Source of the DNA: Neodothiora populina
Lineage: Eukaryota
Direction of reading: 5' to 3'
NCBI RefSeq assembly: GCF_041146345.1
Contig: NW_027191404.1
Span: forward strand, 2,542,001 to 2,606,000
Length of the DNA stretch: 64,000 nt
In this document: piece after piece, positions 32,256 to 45,198 of the stretch
Position numbering within the stretch: position 1 is the first letter of the stretch
Layout of the letters: the number at the start of each line of letters is the position of its first letter
Position numbers and translations under genes: made by a program
The notes under the pieces: model-generated
Told to the model about the DNA's origin: nothing
Seen by the model: only the letters and a program-made list of their open reading frames with translations
Databases searched by the model: none

Positions 32256-34079
32256 TTAGTATGTCGTCGTGATTGGAGCGCCCGCGTTGTTGTTGTCATT
32301 TTCGGCTTCCCCACTGGCGTGCTCCCCGAAGTGTGGACGGGGTAGTTGTTGCTGCGATTGCTGGTCCGGCCGCTGCATGTAAGGAGTACTGTACGTAGCC
32401 GACTGATGGCCGTACTGACCGGCATACTGCCCATACTGTCCGACTTGCGGAGATGAGTAAGGCGTCGAGTCCTGGAAAGTCTGGTACTCCGGGTAAGAGT
32501 GCGGTTGGCCGCTCATATCTCGTTGGTAAGATTGCATCATTTCCATACTTGGGGGAGCCGTTCCTGGTGGTTGAGGAGGTCGCACATTAGGAGGGTAGTT
32601 GAGGTCTATAGATATCAGTATACACACAGAAAATCGAGTACAAGGACGCTTACAAGAAACTCCTAGCCCATATGGGCCATGAGGAGGTGGCATGCTTCTC
32701 TGCCCTTCTTGCTGTGACAAATAGCTTTGAGACTCCGTGCTTTGCATCACTGGGGTTCGTTGATCCTGGGGCTGGGCGTTCTGTCCGTTCATATTGTCGT
32801 AAGATAGGCTAGAACGCAGAGGTGACGAGGCCGTTTCTCCACTTGTTCTGCGAAATCGATCATGGCCTGCTAGAGGCCGCGGTGGCTGGAAACCAGTCGG
32901 CTGGTAGTTTGGCCTGTACATGCCCCGAGGACTGTCCATGACAGGCCGTTGAGCGAAACTGAAAGCAGTCATGTCAGGTCCTGAAATTGGAGACATGGTG
33001 TCAGTAGCAGATCTTGGAGGTGTGAATGCAATTGAGCTCAAGCTCGGATTCAAAGCTGTCGGACTGCCATATGCATCGGAACGACGGAGAGTATCCAAAG
33101 TTAGGGGTCGCATATGACCGGATTGATGCAATCCTGCTGCACCAAATGAGGCTGGAGACGCACCCGGAGTAGCCCCTGTGGAGACTGGACCAGTAAAGGT
33201 GCCATGCAGACTTGGAGTCATATCAAAATTCTCAGGCAATGCTCGAGATCGCATCATCCTCTCACGATCTTCCACGTTTAGCCTCTTCAGCTTTGCTCTC
33301 CTATTCATAGGTTAGCTGCATACAGAAGGAGAGAAGTGAGTATCTGGATTACCTGTTCTGGAACCACACTTGAACCTGCCTTGGACTCAAACCAGGGATT
33401 TCCCTAGACAGTCGCTCACGATGCGCCGCATCTGGATGAGCTTGCCGCGCAAACTCACTCATCAGGAAACGAGTCTGATTGTGAGTGAGTCTAAGTGAGA
33501 AAAGTTAGTGATGAAGACAAATTTGAGGGATCCATATCAAACATACCTGAAGCGTTTCATCTTGCGCTTTTGATTTCTCAGCTCAGCTGCCGAAAGGTTC
33601 ACTGACTTCCCTTCGTCGTCCTCTGCTTCACCGACAGCATCTTGGTCGTCCTCTTCGGCATCATCTTCGTGATCTTCGATTGCCTCAGACTTAGGACTGT
33701 TTTTGGAGTTCGGACTGTGTGTGATTGATGCATTATAAGCTTGCGATGCAGGATTGGGATGAGAGGTTGCCGACTGTTCAGGTCCTTGCTGAGGATAAGA
33801 TGAACCTGATATTCCATGTGAATGATACTGGGAACTCAGAGGGTATGGTGATGTTCGGTAGGATCGCAACGAAGACCCTGACTGAGCATTGAACCGCTGA
33901 TCGGGTTGCGCTTGCGCATTGGGTGGCTGAAAGTGCCCGCTTTCAGGGTAGCTTTGCCCGAAGCTTGAGTGTGTTTCCTGTTGGTCCTGCCAACTGGGTA
34001 TCACTGGCTTGTATTCCTGGCCAGACATGCGAGGTGAGCTGGGAGGTGATGGTGGCGCAAAAATCCTTCCCTGAATCAT
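32256..34079 (-). CDS. Homeobox transcription factor
   Basis: Four exons with introns at about 33546-33492, about 33352-33302 and 32653-32606. The spliced homeodomain reads KRKMKRFRLTHNQTRFLMSEFARQAHPDAAHRERLSREIPGLSPRQVQVWFQNRRAKLKR. The start may be 34079 or 34028. Confidence 0.9.
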
Positions 34080-36837
34080 TTGACTGTAGGAGGTGCTCTA
34101 GCTATTGTCGATGCTGGAGGGTAAGAAAAAAAGATTGCCTTTGCAATATGGAAAAACCCAAACGCAATGAACCAGAGCTGATCACGACAGAGCGCCCAGC
34201 GTTCAATTTCGAAAAAAGTTATCAAAAGTAAGCAAAAGCAGTTTTGGTCGAATGTCTCAAGTGGAGGTTCAAGAGATATAGGGCCAAGAACTAGATAGCC
34301 CAGAGAAAAGGCGGAAAGTGTCCGGTCAAGGGATGGGTCATCCGTTGATCGACTACTGTATCTAGTTTTACAGCTGCTGATGTATATGCTTTTGTGACAG
34401 CTTTGCAAGAATATGACGCGCGATGCCGGGGGAGGAGTTGGATATTTGATAACACACGTCTCACCACACTGACCAGCCAACACCCGTAAAGCTAAAAGTA
34501 GGCAGGTCAAGTAAAGGTCGCGGCAGAACCGGGAAAGATCAACTACTCTCGCGATGATGGCCTTGATAGTCTTGCCCCGATGTAGAGCTCACCGCAAAGG
34601 CCTCGGAAAGTAGGTCTAAACGAGGGAAATGAGACTAGTAGATTAGCAGTTGCGCAAGCACAGTCCTTGACTCGTGCAGCCGTCAGAATCTCGCAGAGCA
34701 GGGAGAATCAGATGATATTGACCCTGAACAATGTGGGGTGTCAGCACGTGTGTCGGGCCAATGCGGCAGTCAAAGAGCTGGCCAGAACGGAAACATCGTG
34801 GACTTGAAAAGTGGCGTGCGCGGTTATTCAAGGGGAGGAGGAGAGGAACAACGATGAGTGTATTGTAATCTCCTCAGCGGGGAACGTTTCGTTGCAACTT
34901 GACTTTTCCTGACTATGGTCCTTGTCATAAGATCCAATCAAGGAGGGAGAAAGTGCGGGTCAACTCTTAGACAATGTAGGGTAGGGAATCTTGCCCATGA
35001 CCAAACGGAGATTTATTCCACCTGTTGCAATTGTCTTAAGACTTGGACCAGCAGATTCCGAAACTCAACGGGGACATAGACCCTTTCATCGGCAAGGCCA
35101 GAACAATGCCATGCCGGCAGACGACCCATTGACAAGCATATTTCAGGAGGAGGTGGACCCTGTCATGTTGCAATGTCTAATGCTACTGGTTGGCTGCAGA
35201 TACAGCCGTTGGTAAACCGCCTTCCAGTAACGGAAGAGGCGCCTCGATGGCGCGTGGGTTGCGGGGGTAGGGTGGAACTAGTCGCATTCAGTGACATGCA
35301 CACATTGACGCCAAGGTGACCCGGTGATGTACGCCTCACCATTTCTCATTCAATAGTCTCCTGCAGCCATGATGGTTCGCAGATTTTCGCCTTTTCCCCC
35401 TTATTGAGCCTACATTCTTGCAAAGCATCGAAGGAAACAGGATAGTGGAGGGGGGTGTGGAGGGGGCAAGAAACCAAAAAAGAAAGGTGTGCGACGGCGC
35501 TGAACGCGCGTAGCAACAAAACCATACATACCTTTTGGCGTCCACTGCACAGGAAGAGCTCAATTTCGCCTGATGAATCCCCGCTGTAGCCTGACGCTTG
35601 TTAGGAGCTCGGACGGCTCTCGCCATCGGGTCTTCCCATGATGCAGGGGCTTCCAAAAGGCAACGCTGACCAATCGAAGGTAAGATATTGTAGTAATTCG
35701 GAGCATTTCCAGAAGATCTCATATCCTCCGATCGACATTCACCTCATACACCTTTAGCGGGCCGCCCCGAGCTTGTCAGGACGGGAAGGTTGTTGTCGCA
35801 GTTTTCCTTTCTTCTTGTTTGAGTTGCAGTTGCAATCGCATGATGTTTATCTGTCTTGTGTATCTAGAATGTAGACTGGGAAAGCGCGGAGCACCTTCTT
35901 GTTGCTGTTGTTCAGTAGGATTAGACTCCGCAGCATGTGCCCTAACGTCTACTGCAGCAAGCCACTGCCGAAGGGTGAGCCAGGCGCACATTCTCGGCGC
36001 TACCAGCAAAAGAGCTGCTGTTGGCGATCGCCGGTCAGGGAGACCGTGCCATTACCGTGGGTTGTTCAGTGCACATGGGACAGTCAAGCACAGGTGGTTG
36101 TGTTCTTTCACTCATACCGAACCCGCTCAAAGCACCGACGGCCCGTTAGACGCCACGTGCAAGGCTAAAGGTTACGGCAGCGGGCTATCCGAGAAAGCAA
36201 AGCAGAACCGTTGCCAAGTCTAGCGGGACCTTTTGGACGTTGGATATCAGCCTGTTGTTTCGAAAATTGTAACAGATCTCTAAGCGGAATTGCCGTGGCC
36301 ATGGGTGACGGCTCGACATTTCTCCAGCTCGGAAGCTGGGACACAATTCCTAAGTCGCGCGTGCCTTGCGCTGCCGGCCAAGGCGTTGCGTTGCGGGTCC
36401 TGTCAACACTGCGGAGGTCGGGTTCCTGAATAGCTTTGAGAAATTGAGACGGTTGGTTTGATCGCCGCATGGATCAGTTTAAGCGACCCGTTGTGGTATT
36501 GGCCGTGGTCTGAAATGGTTCGCCAAGCCATGTGGAGTCTTACCGAGGACACAAGCATCAATTTCCGGTGAGATATGCGAGATAGGACTGTAGTGCCCTT
36601 GCTATCGCATCGATCGGGGGAATACACTGTACAAAAGTTATCCTTGCTTGCTACCATATGTAGAGGTAGGGCATAAATCTGAGAAGCGCACACCCACCAC
36701 CATCGGCTTTCTTCGGAAGAATATAACGAATCACATATACGTGAGTCTATAGCACTGTGTATGTAAGAGGAAGGAGAGTGGGCATCAAGGTATATCGTGT
36801 GCATAGGATTGACTTTTAGTTGCCAATAGTACAGCTA

Positions 36838-38823
36838 TCAAGCTGTAGTAGGTTCGGTTACCGGTGGGTCTGCCCCAACACCCTCGCTAGCTTTGACAGT
36901 AACCTCTTCTGTTTTGACTGCATCTTCGAGACTTTTCCCGGGCTCGACTCTGTCAAGAATTTTGATAGCTGAGCGTGTTGCAGCGCGTAAAGCTCTCCAA
37001 GTTTTGTTGGCCTTGGCAGCTTCGAGTGAATGCTTCTCCTCGTCTGTCATGGCCATCTCGAGATCAAGCTCGTCGTTCTGAATACCTTTGACCAGATCTT
37101 CGATGGACGGTGCGGTAAACCTGAAATTTCATGAGTTCGAAGCTTATCAGATAATTGAGAAAGTTTGTGTTTACCTCGAAGGATCCCTTAGCCGTTCAAG
37201 ACCTTTTACATTGTCCACTTCTGCCAGAAAGGAGACATCAATGGCACCGGCTGGCTTGGCTTTCATGCGTTTGTTGGTTGTCGCTTGCTTTGCACCGGCC
37301 TGGGATTCTGCATTTTCTTTGGGCGTGACAGCATCCTTTACGATAGAGGGACAACTTTCCAGCTTCCAGCGCACCCAGTTCTTATCACGTGCGAGGACAG
37401 TCTCAACCATGCGATAATAGTATTTGCCTTCTGGTCCTGATTGTAGGAATTCGGCGATGGCTGACCTTGTTGCAAGTACCCATTTCTCCTTAATCGTAGC
37501 ATCAGTAAGAGGCTCAAATGGTTGTAATGAATATACTTACGTTGTCTTCACTAAGGGTGTATCGGTATAACAGAGCCTTATTCGAGGATTTGCCGCTTGT
37601 CTTTTCGATTTCTGCCCACCTCTTCTTAGATCGCTCGGTCAGAGAGAGGAGAAAATCGATCAGGATAAGGCCCTGCACAAGGATATGTCGTTGGAATGCC
37701 AGGTCGCTCATCTTTGATATACTTGTATTAGTTGTGCGTTTGCCTGAAGTGATGCCAATCTCATACCTCCAATTCGAAAAGATCCCGACTGGTGAGGTAT
37801 TTGGGATTGTAATTATTCGCGTAGTGGTCCCCAGTCTGCTGTCCATATTTGCGCTTTGTTCCTCTTTGAGAATCTACGCCTGATTTGGTGACAATCACGG
37901 GCGTGGCCTTGAACCTGGCAATTGTCCTCTCAAGGCTTTCCTTGAATGGACCGAAGTTCTCGTCGTTGAATAATCTCGTCGGCTCTGAGAAGTCGTTCTG
38001 CAACCGCCAAAAGACCGGATAAAGCTTACTGTTCTCATTCTTTTTGGCCTTGTCTTTCGTGTCCGGTTCGTCATTATCTGCAGGCTTTGTGCTCTCATCT
38101 ACACCTACCATAGAGTCGGATGGAGGACTGTCTGGAATCTCCTGTTCAAAAGAGGTTACATTCTCGGTGTGAAATTCGCCACGCAGATTTACAGAGCTCT
38201 TGTCTCCCAAAGGAAAAGTCTGGAAGAGGTAAAAGAAGATTCGACCACAAAACACAGCATCCTCTGCCCGCGACAGTCGCTTTAGCAATTCGTTGCACGA
38301 CCGCAGTAGCGCGAGATTCGTTTTGTGGAAATCCTGCTGCACAAGTCGCTCCCGTCTAGATTCAAGGTAATCAAAAACTACGCGACAGCCTTCGGTCGTC
38401 TGACTGTCAAGTAGCTCTTCGATTAGATAGAAGGCCAATATAGGTTCGCATTGACCCATTTCTCTGCATAAAAGCAATAGATCCAGTAGATCCCATATGC
38501 GAACAAATTCATCATCATTTATGCTTGTCAAATTCTAGGAGAAGATTAGTGAAATAACAATGCGCGGAAGGAAGCTCGCTCACTAGAGTTTCATAGAAGA
38601 TCTTTCTTGCTGCAGTCTCTACCACAGTGAATCTGTGAGGATCCGATTCGCCGTGAAAAACGTCCTGACCCAAGGAGCCCACATCATTTGCCAGATCTGT
38701 CACGGGCAAAGGCGGCTCGACAGTATGGACTTGCTTGATCTCTCGGGCGCGGCTCAATAGGTTCCGCAGCTTTGTTGAGATAGCATCCACCGATGGAGGC
38801 ATTGGCAATGCATCTGCAGCCAT
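36838..38823 (-). CDS. HPR1: THO complex subunit 1 (nuclear matrix protein p84 / Hpr1)
   Basis: Multi-exon gene containing LLRSCNELLKRLSRAEDAVFCGRI, FPLGDKSSVNLRGEFH, YNPKYLTSRDLFELE, RMVETVLARDKNWVRWK and NKTWRALR, all THOC1 motifs. Confidence 0.92.
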
Positions 38824-39102
38824 GTTGCACCGCGAGCGCGTGTCAAGGACGACCCTCGGACAGGTATTTAAAAGGTGGCCTATTTCGATGCCGATAGCCT
38901 TGACAAACCTATTTGATTGATGCTGAAATGCGAATATAGGTATAATTGATTGTAATCCAGGTATTAGTGATGTAGTTCACTTTCAGACACACCAAACGCC
39001 AAGGTAGCGAAAGAGGACAACATGATTCAAGGCCGAGGGTCTGTGATGATCATACGAGTAAGAAACAAGACGCTAGTCCTGAAACGTGAAATGAGCCGTG
39101 AA

Positions 39103-39120
39103 ACGCGTCAACCCTCGCGT
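39103..39120. promoter_or_regulatory. MCB-like elements (ACGCGT plus a CGCGT core) in the divergent HPR1/CSM3 promoter
   Basis: ACGCGT at 39103-39108 and CGCGT at 39116-39120, about 100 nt upstream of the CSM3 ATG. Confidence 0.5.
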
Positions 39121-39210
39121 GTCACTATAACACTCGAGTCGCTTTGAGCATTGTTCTATGACCTCCTCCTTGGTTTGAAATTGAGCAATACATTACTATC
39201 TACCACAAAG

Positions 39211-40085
39211 ATGCCTGCAGCTGTTTCTCCCATGACCGGAGTCGAGTCAGGCAATGCCCCAAGAGATGATTTGGATGGCCTGTTCGACGATCTCCTGCAA
39301 GAAAACTCCAATGCCAACAATACAAATGCGAACCCTCACTCCAATGATATTGACGAAGAAGTCAAGATCACCAAGAAGCGCAAACCCGTCGCGAAGCTAG
39401 ATGAGAATCGGTGAAGAAAACTTAATACTATATTGATATCTTGTCTGACCAGGCGACATACAGTTTATTGTCAGCGGCTGGTATCCCAAAATTGCGAAAG
39501 ATATCAAAACAAAAGTTCAAATTTCGCGGCAAAGGTCATGAAGTCAGTATCAAAGGACCACGACTCAATAATATATACTTATACTGCCATCAGTTCACCG
39601 ATATGGCCAAGTTGCTCAATACATACCAGTTGTGGCTGGATGATATGTTTCCCAAAGCCAAATTCTTAGACGGTCTTGCCATGGTCGAGAAGCTTGGACA
39701 CAAAAAGAAGATACAAATATACAGGAAGGAATGGATTGATGAGGGGAAGCCTAGGACAATCGAAGACGATCTTGACGACCTTATTGGCAGTCGCGAAGAG
39801 CCCGCAGTCACTACGCAGAGCAACGGCGCAGATGCCCAAACAGAACAAATCTTCGAACCGGACGAGGACGAATTGGATGCATTGATGGGAGCGGCTCCTG
39901 TACAACACGAGAAAACAGCAGCAGGACCGCAGCAGGAGCAGGAACCTGATATGGACGAGCTGGATGCATTATTAGCGGAGCAGCAAGAGGCCGACACTGG
40001 TCAAAAGAGTTTATTCCGGGGGCCAACGCAGGCTGATAATGATTTCGCGGACGAGGAAGAAGCAATGGCTGGGATGGAATGGTGA
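39211..40085 (+). CDS. CSM3: Replication fork protection complex subunit Csm3/Swi3/TIPIN
   Basis: Exons 39211-39410, 39464-39543 and 39594-40085. The product has KLDENRLLSAAGIPKL, FRGKGHEFTD, YQLWLDDMFPKAKF..VEKLGH and an acidic tail. Confidence 0.92.
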
Positions 40086-40241
40086 AACCAGACGAAGCGT
40101 CAACTAAAAATGATAATGACATGTACTATAATGACCCTGAACAACCTCATGTACCCCGTCTATAATGAGATTGAAGTGGATGGAATTTACCTTACCTTAG
40201 TGAAGCATTGATAAACAGCTTGACGTCATCGGTCGAAATGT

Positions 40242-40273
40242 CTCCGTCCACTTCATCCTCCGTCCACTTCATC
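40242..40273. repeat. Perfect 16-nt tandem duplication in the SKI2 upstream region
   Basis: ctccgtccacttcatc occurs twice in tandem. Confidence 0.8.
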
Positions 40274-40339
40274 GGCTTCCAGTCCTTTGACATCGACATG
40301 CCTCAAACGTAGCATTACGGTGACTGTCCAATGAGAAGA

Positions 40340-43300
40340 ATGGAGTCTTTAAGTCATGCATTGGAAAAGCTGCGCATGTCAGATGCAGCGCCACAAGGGA
40401 TAGATGGAATATTAGATCAATCAAAGCCCAGAAAGCGCGCGAAAAAGTCTCCAGAGGACGTCCGCTCCAGGCTCGCAGGAGAGTTTTTAACGCCATCGAC
40501 AACTTTCAGCACTGAATGGCTCGATCGCCTGCAGCAACGATGGGATTGTCATATCAACCAAGAGGACCTTTTTGAGATAGCTCCCACTCAAACTCGCACC
40601 ATAATTCGCTTCACTCGTGAGGGGCTTGAGGGTCGTGTCACTGGGTATAAAGAGGTTACCGTGCCCGCCAACAGTGCCACTGCCAAGAACTCGACATCTC
40701 TGTTGCGCAAACCTGCAAACCGTGCCGAGTTCGTGCGAGGCGCCGCGGGATACTTTCCTTTTGCTCCCGGTGGACTAGATGCAGTTGAGGCGACTGCTGC
40801 TGCTGAAGAACAGCTGTTACTTGGCAATGCAAGTAATGATGGTGCACAGAAATTGAAGAGCCTTGATCGAGTCATCAATTTTGGCGCTGAAGGTGCTTTA
40901 CTTGAACTTCCACCCGGCTTTGCTCGAGGACTTGATCTGAAGAAGCCAGCTGCAACTGACGAAGCCAATGAGGTAGAAAAAGTACTCGAAGAAGCACCAG
41001 CCGATCCTGTCACCACCAACGTTGACCATGCTGAAGACGCTCAAGGACCTAACGAAGAGGGTGACGCCGAGGATGACGAGGAAATTGATGACCTTCTACC
41101 AGTCGAGTTCCCTGCCCTTGCGGCGCGCGGACAGCTTGGTCTTTCGAGCGGCAAGCGTCCAGGACACGAATGGGCTCACATGGTCGACGTGAACAAGCCT
41201 ATGACTAACTTTCGTGATCTTGTTCCGGATATGGCACGTGAGTATCCATTCGAACTCGATACTTTCCAGAAAGAAGCAGTCTATCATCTGGAGAATGGAG
41301 ATTCTGTCTTCGTGGCTGCACATACTTCTGCAGGAAAGACGGTCGTGGCAGAATATGCTATATCTTTAGCTGCCAAGCACATGACAAAAGCTATATACAC
41401 ATCCCCTATAAAGGCACTGAGCAATCAGAAATTCCGTGACTTTCGTCAGGAGTTTGATGATGTTGGTATCTTGACTGGTGACGTGCAAATCCGCCCCGAA
41501 GCTAGCTGTCTCATCATGACGACGGAAATTCTACGCAGCATGCTTTATCGCGGCGCCGATTTGATTAGAGACGTCGAATTCGTCATTTTCGATGAAGTCC
41601 ACTACGTCAATGATCTAGAGCGAGGAGTGGTATGGGAAGAGGTCATAATCATGCTGCCTGAACATGTGACACTTATTCTGTTGTCTGCAACTGTGCCAAA
41701 CACTTATGAGTTTGCATCTTGGGTTGGCCGAACTAAGAAAAAGAACATCTATGTCATTTCTACACCAAAACGTCCTGTCCCTCTGGAGCATTTCCTCTGG
41801 GCAGGAAAGGAAATGCACAAGATTGTCGACGCCGAGAAGCGATTCATCGAGAAGGGCTGGAAAGATGCAAACGATATCTTGTCAGGCAGAGACAAGATCA
41901 AGGCGATGGAGGAAAAGCAGGCAGCCGAAGCGGCTCGAGGCGGAGGTGCGTCAAGAGGCGGGAGGGGTCAGACGCAACGCGGTGGCCCTCAAAGGGGAGG
42001 ACCTCAACGTGGTGGAGCGCAAAGAGGTGGAGGTCAACAGCGCGGACGTGGTCAGCCAGCACAGCGTGGCACTGGGAACATTGCTCGTACAGGTCGTGGT
42101 GGTGGCCGAACTAGTGCAGCACAAGATCGCAACATCTGGGTGCACTTGGTACAACAACTCCGCAAGGAGGATTTGTTACCTGGCTGTATCTTCGTATTCT
42201 CGAAGAAGAGGTGCGAAGAGAACGCGGATGCGTTGTCAAACCTTGACTACTGCACAGCAACAGAGAAAAGTGCTATCCATATGATCTTGGAGAAGTCACT
42301 TGCAAGACTGAAGCCGGAGGACAGACAATTGCCACAGATTCGACGCTTGCGCGAACTGCTCAGTAGAGGAATCGCAGTGCATCACGGTGGCCTTTTGCCG
42401 ATTGTCAAGGAGTGCGTCGAGATTCTTTTTGCGAAGACCTTGGTCAAGGTGCTGTTTGCAACAGAAACATTTGCCATGGGATTGAACCTTCCCACGCGAA
42501 CAGTCGTCTTTTCTGGATACCGTAAGCATGACGGCCGCCAATTTCGCGATTTGCTACCCGGTGAATATACGCAAATGGCTGGTCGTGCAGGACGTAGAGG
42601 ACTGGATGCTACGGGTACCGTCATTATTGTTGCCTCCGGCGCCGATGAGGCACCGCCAGCAGCACGGTTGCGACAAATGATGCTTGGAGATCCGACGAAG
42701 CTGCGTTCTCAATTTCGACTTACGTACAACATGATCTTGAATCTACTCCGTGTAGAGGCTTTGAAGATCGAGGAGATGATCAAGCGCAGTTTCAGCGAGA
42801 ACGCCACTCAAGCTTTACTGCCGGAGCATGAACAGAAAGTCAAGGTATCCGAGGCCGACCTGGCAAAGATCAAGCGCGAGGCTTGCGATATTTGTGATGA
42901 AGACCTTGAGGTTGTCCACGACGCTGCCATGGAATACCAGCAATTGACCGGCATGCTACACAATGCTCTTCTGGGTACACCAATCGGTAGGAGGATGTTT
43001 CAACCAAAACGTCTTATTGTGTACAAGAAGGTGAGCGGCAAGAGTGACTCATGCATGTACAAGACTAATGAAGACTACAGGACGGCGTACGGACAGCAGG
43101 AGTCATACTCCGTGAAGGTGTCACGAAGGGTCTCAACCCAAGCATCACAGTCTTGGAAATGGGCCGGTCTAAGCCAAAGCGCAAAGATGAAGATCTGCTG
43201 CCTTATCTCGATCGAATGAGGCATCGTTTCACACCTCTGCCTCCAACAGAAGCTGAATTGAAGCTACGTGTGGTGCTGATACCGTTTAGTGAGATAGAAT

Positions 43301-44286
43301 GCTTAACCGCAACTGTTTGCCAAGATGTGGATGTGTCAGGTGTACAGTCCAAGGAACCCGAGGCGATGAGCAGGGCCAAGGAACTGCTTCTTCGTGCCGG
43401 ATCTTCATGGACATCGGCAACATGGCAAGAGATTGACTTTTCGCGCATCAAGGACATGAACATTCGTCAGCTTCTTGATGGTAGAAGCAAGGTTGCAGCT
43501 GCAGCGCAAGAAGGGGAAAGCTGTTTGGTCTGCCCTGACCTTCCGAGACACGTGAGTTTACCGATTGACTATCCGAAAAGTGACCAACGCTAACATGAAG
43601 AAAAGTTCGCTATGATGCATGACGAGTGGCTGATCAAGGAAAACATCAACCAGTTGCGGGCACTGATGTCTGACCAGAATCTTCAGCTGCTGCCAGACTA
43701 CGAACAGCGTATTTCCGTGCTCAAGGATCTTGGCTTTATTGACGAGAACTCTCGAGTGGAGCTGAAAGGAAAGGTGGCATGTGAGATTCACTCTGCAGAT
43801 GAGCTTGTGTTGACCGAGCTCATATTGGAGAATGTGCTCGCGGACTACGAGCCTGAGGAGATCGTTGCACTCCTCTCGTCGTTCGTTTTCCAAGAGAAGA
43901 CTGACACAGTACCAAACATGACGGCGGCGCTCGAGCGTGGACAAGAGACCATCGTCAAGATATCGGAGAAGGTCAACCATTACCAGACGTTGCATCAGGT
44001 CATCTTATCGGCGGACGACTCTAATGATTTCGTAAGTCGTCCTCGCTTCGGACTGGTCGAAGTGGTGTACGAATGGGCACGCGGCATGTCTTTCAACAGA
44101 ATCACAGACTTGACGGATGTGCTGGAAGGCACCATCGTCCGTGTCATCACAAGATTAGACGAGACGTGCAGAGAGGTCAAGAATGCGGCGCGCATCATCG
44201 GTGACCCGACGTTGTATACCAAGATGCAGGCATGCCAGGAGATGATCAAGCGGGATATTTGCGCGACTGCCTCACTGTATATGTGA
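40340..44286 (+). CDS. SKI2: Ski2 DEVH-box RNA helicase (cytoplasmic exosome cofactor, antiviral)
   Basis: Exons 40340 (or 40331)-43030, 43081-43551 and 43606-44286. It has the Ski2_N region, [15 protein letters not shown], an RGG insert, [10 protein letters not shown] and the DSHCT tail [12 protein letters not shown]. Confidence 0.96.
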
Positions 44287-45198
44287 GCGGGATTTGTCCG
44301 TGGTTACAGCAGCCCTCGGATGCAGTACATCAGCATGAGCGACATTCGGGCCCATGCCTCAAACCTTGTTCAGCACGTGGTAGCCATGTGCTTTCGAGGT
44401 ACTTGGCTTTGGATCGCGAATCAATGATACGGTCCATATCAACGTATGCTGAATTACATGCCCTGCCTTATCACTATTCGCGCAGTATGTTTACATGACA
44501 TGGTATGACTTGAGAACATTCTGTTCCACACAGGTATACAAATTATCTACAATGCGATCATCAGTAGTTTGCCGTGCCTTCCAATGTTGTAGCAAATCAG
44601 ACTTGGCGTCCTTGTATGGACAAGTACAAGAACATTTGCTGAGAGCTCCAGGAAGCCAAATTATAGATGCACAAACGACATGGGGCTGACAAAGTCTCGG
44701 ATGTAAAGTAAAAAAGTGTATGTGTAGCACGAACCAACAAGTCAAGCCCTCGACTTTTTGCAGCTGTGCAGTGCAGTGCAAGTGAGATGTTCCGAGACTC
44801 CGACTTTTTGGGAACCAAATTTCTTGTCTCTCTCTTTCCCTTGTCCCCCCACTGTGCTGCCGTTGTCAGGGTCTCCAGACAAAGCTCGAGGGCTTCTTCG
44901 TAGGGTGAAATTCATAAAACCCATAGCCTTTTGTTTTTTGGAGGAAAGATCTACGCCAGACCATCACGTCTTACAACCACTTCCAAACAGAGAGGGAAAA
45001 AAAGGGAAGGAGCAAGAACAAAACTCCGCATCAAGAAGGAGACAGGCTCCAGTAAAAGGAAAGAGCCGAAGCAGCGAGAAAAAAAACACGGCCAGAACAG
45101 TTTGACCAAGACATAGCCAAGTCCTCCAGTCGGACGAGAAGACGCGAAACCCATCGGATCTTCCATCCATCAACAGGTTCAGGACACAAGCAGCAACC

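Noticed and set aside
2447..32653. Several 3n stop-free introns (ARC19 60 nt, eIF4G 75 nt, homeobox 48 nt)
   Set aside because: The count is about what chance predicts for short introns. Only the one inside the zinc cluster has an obvious functional consequence.
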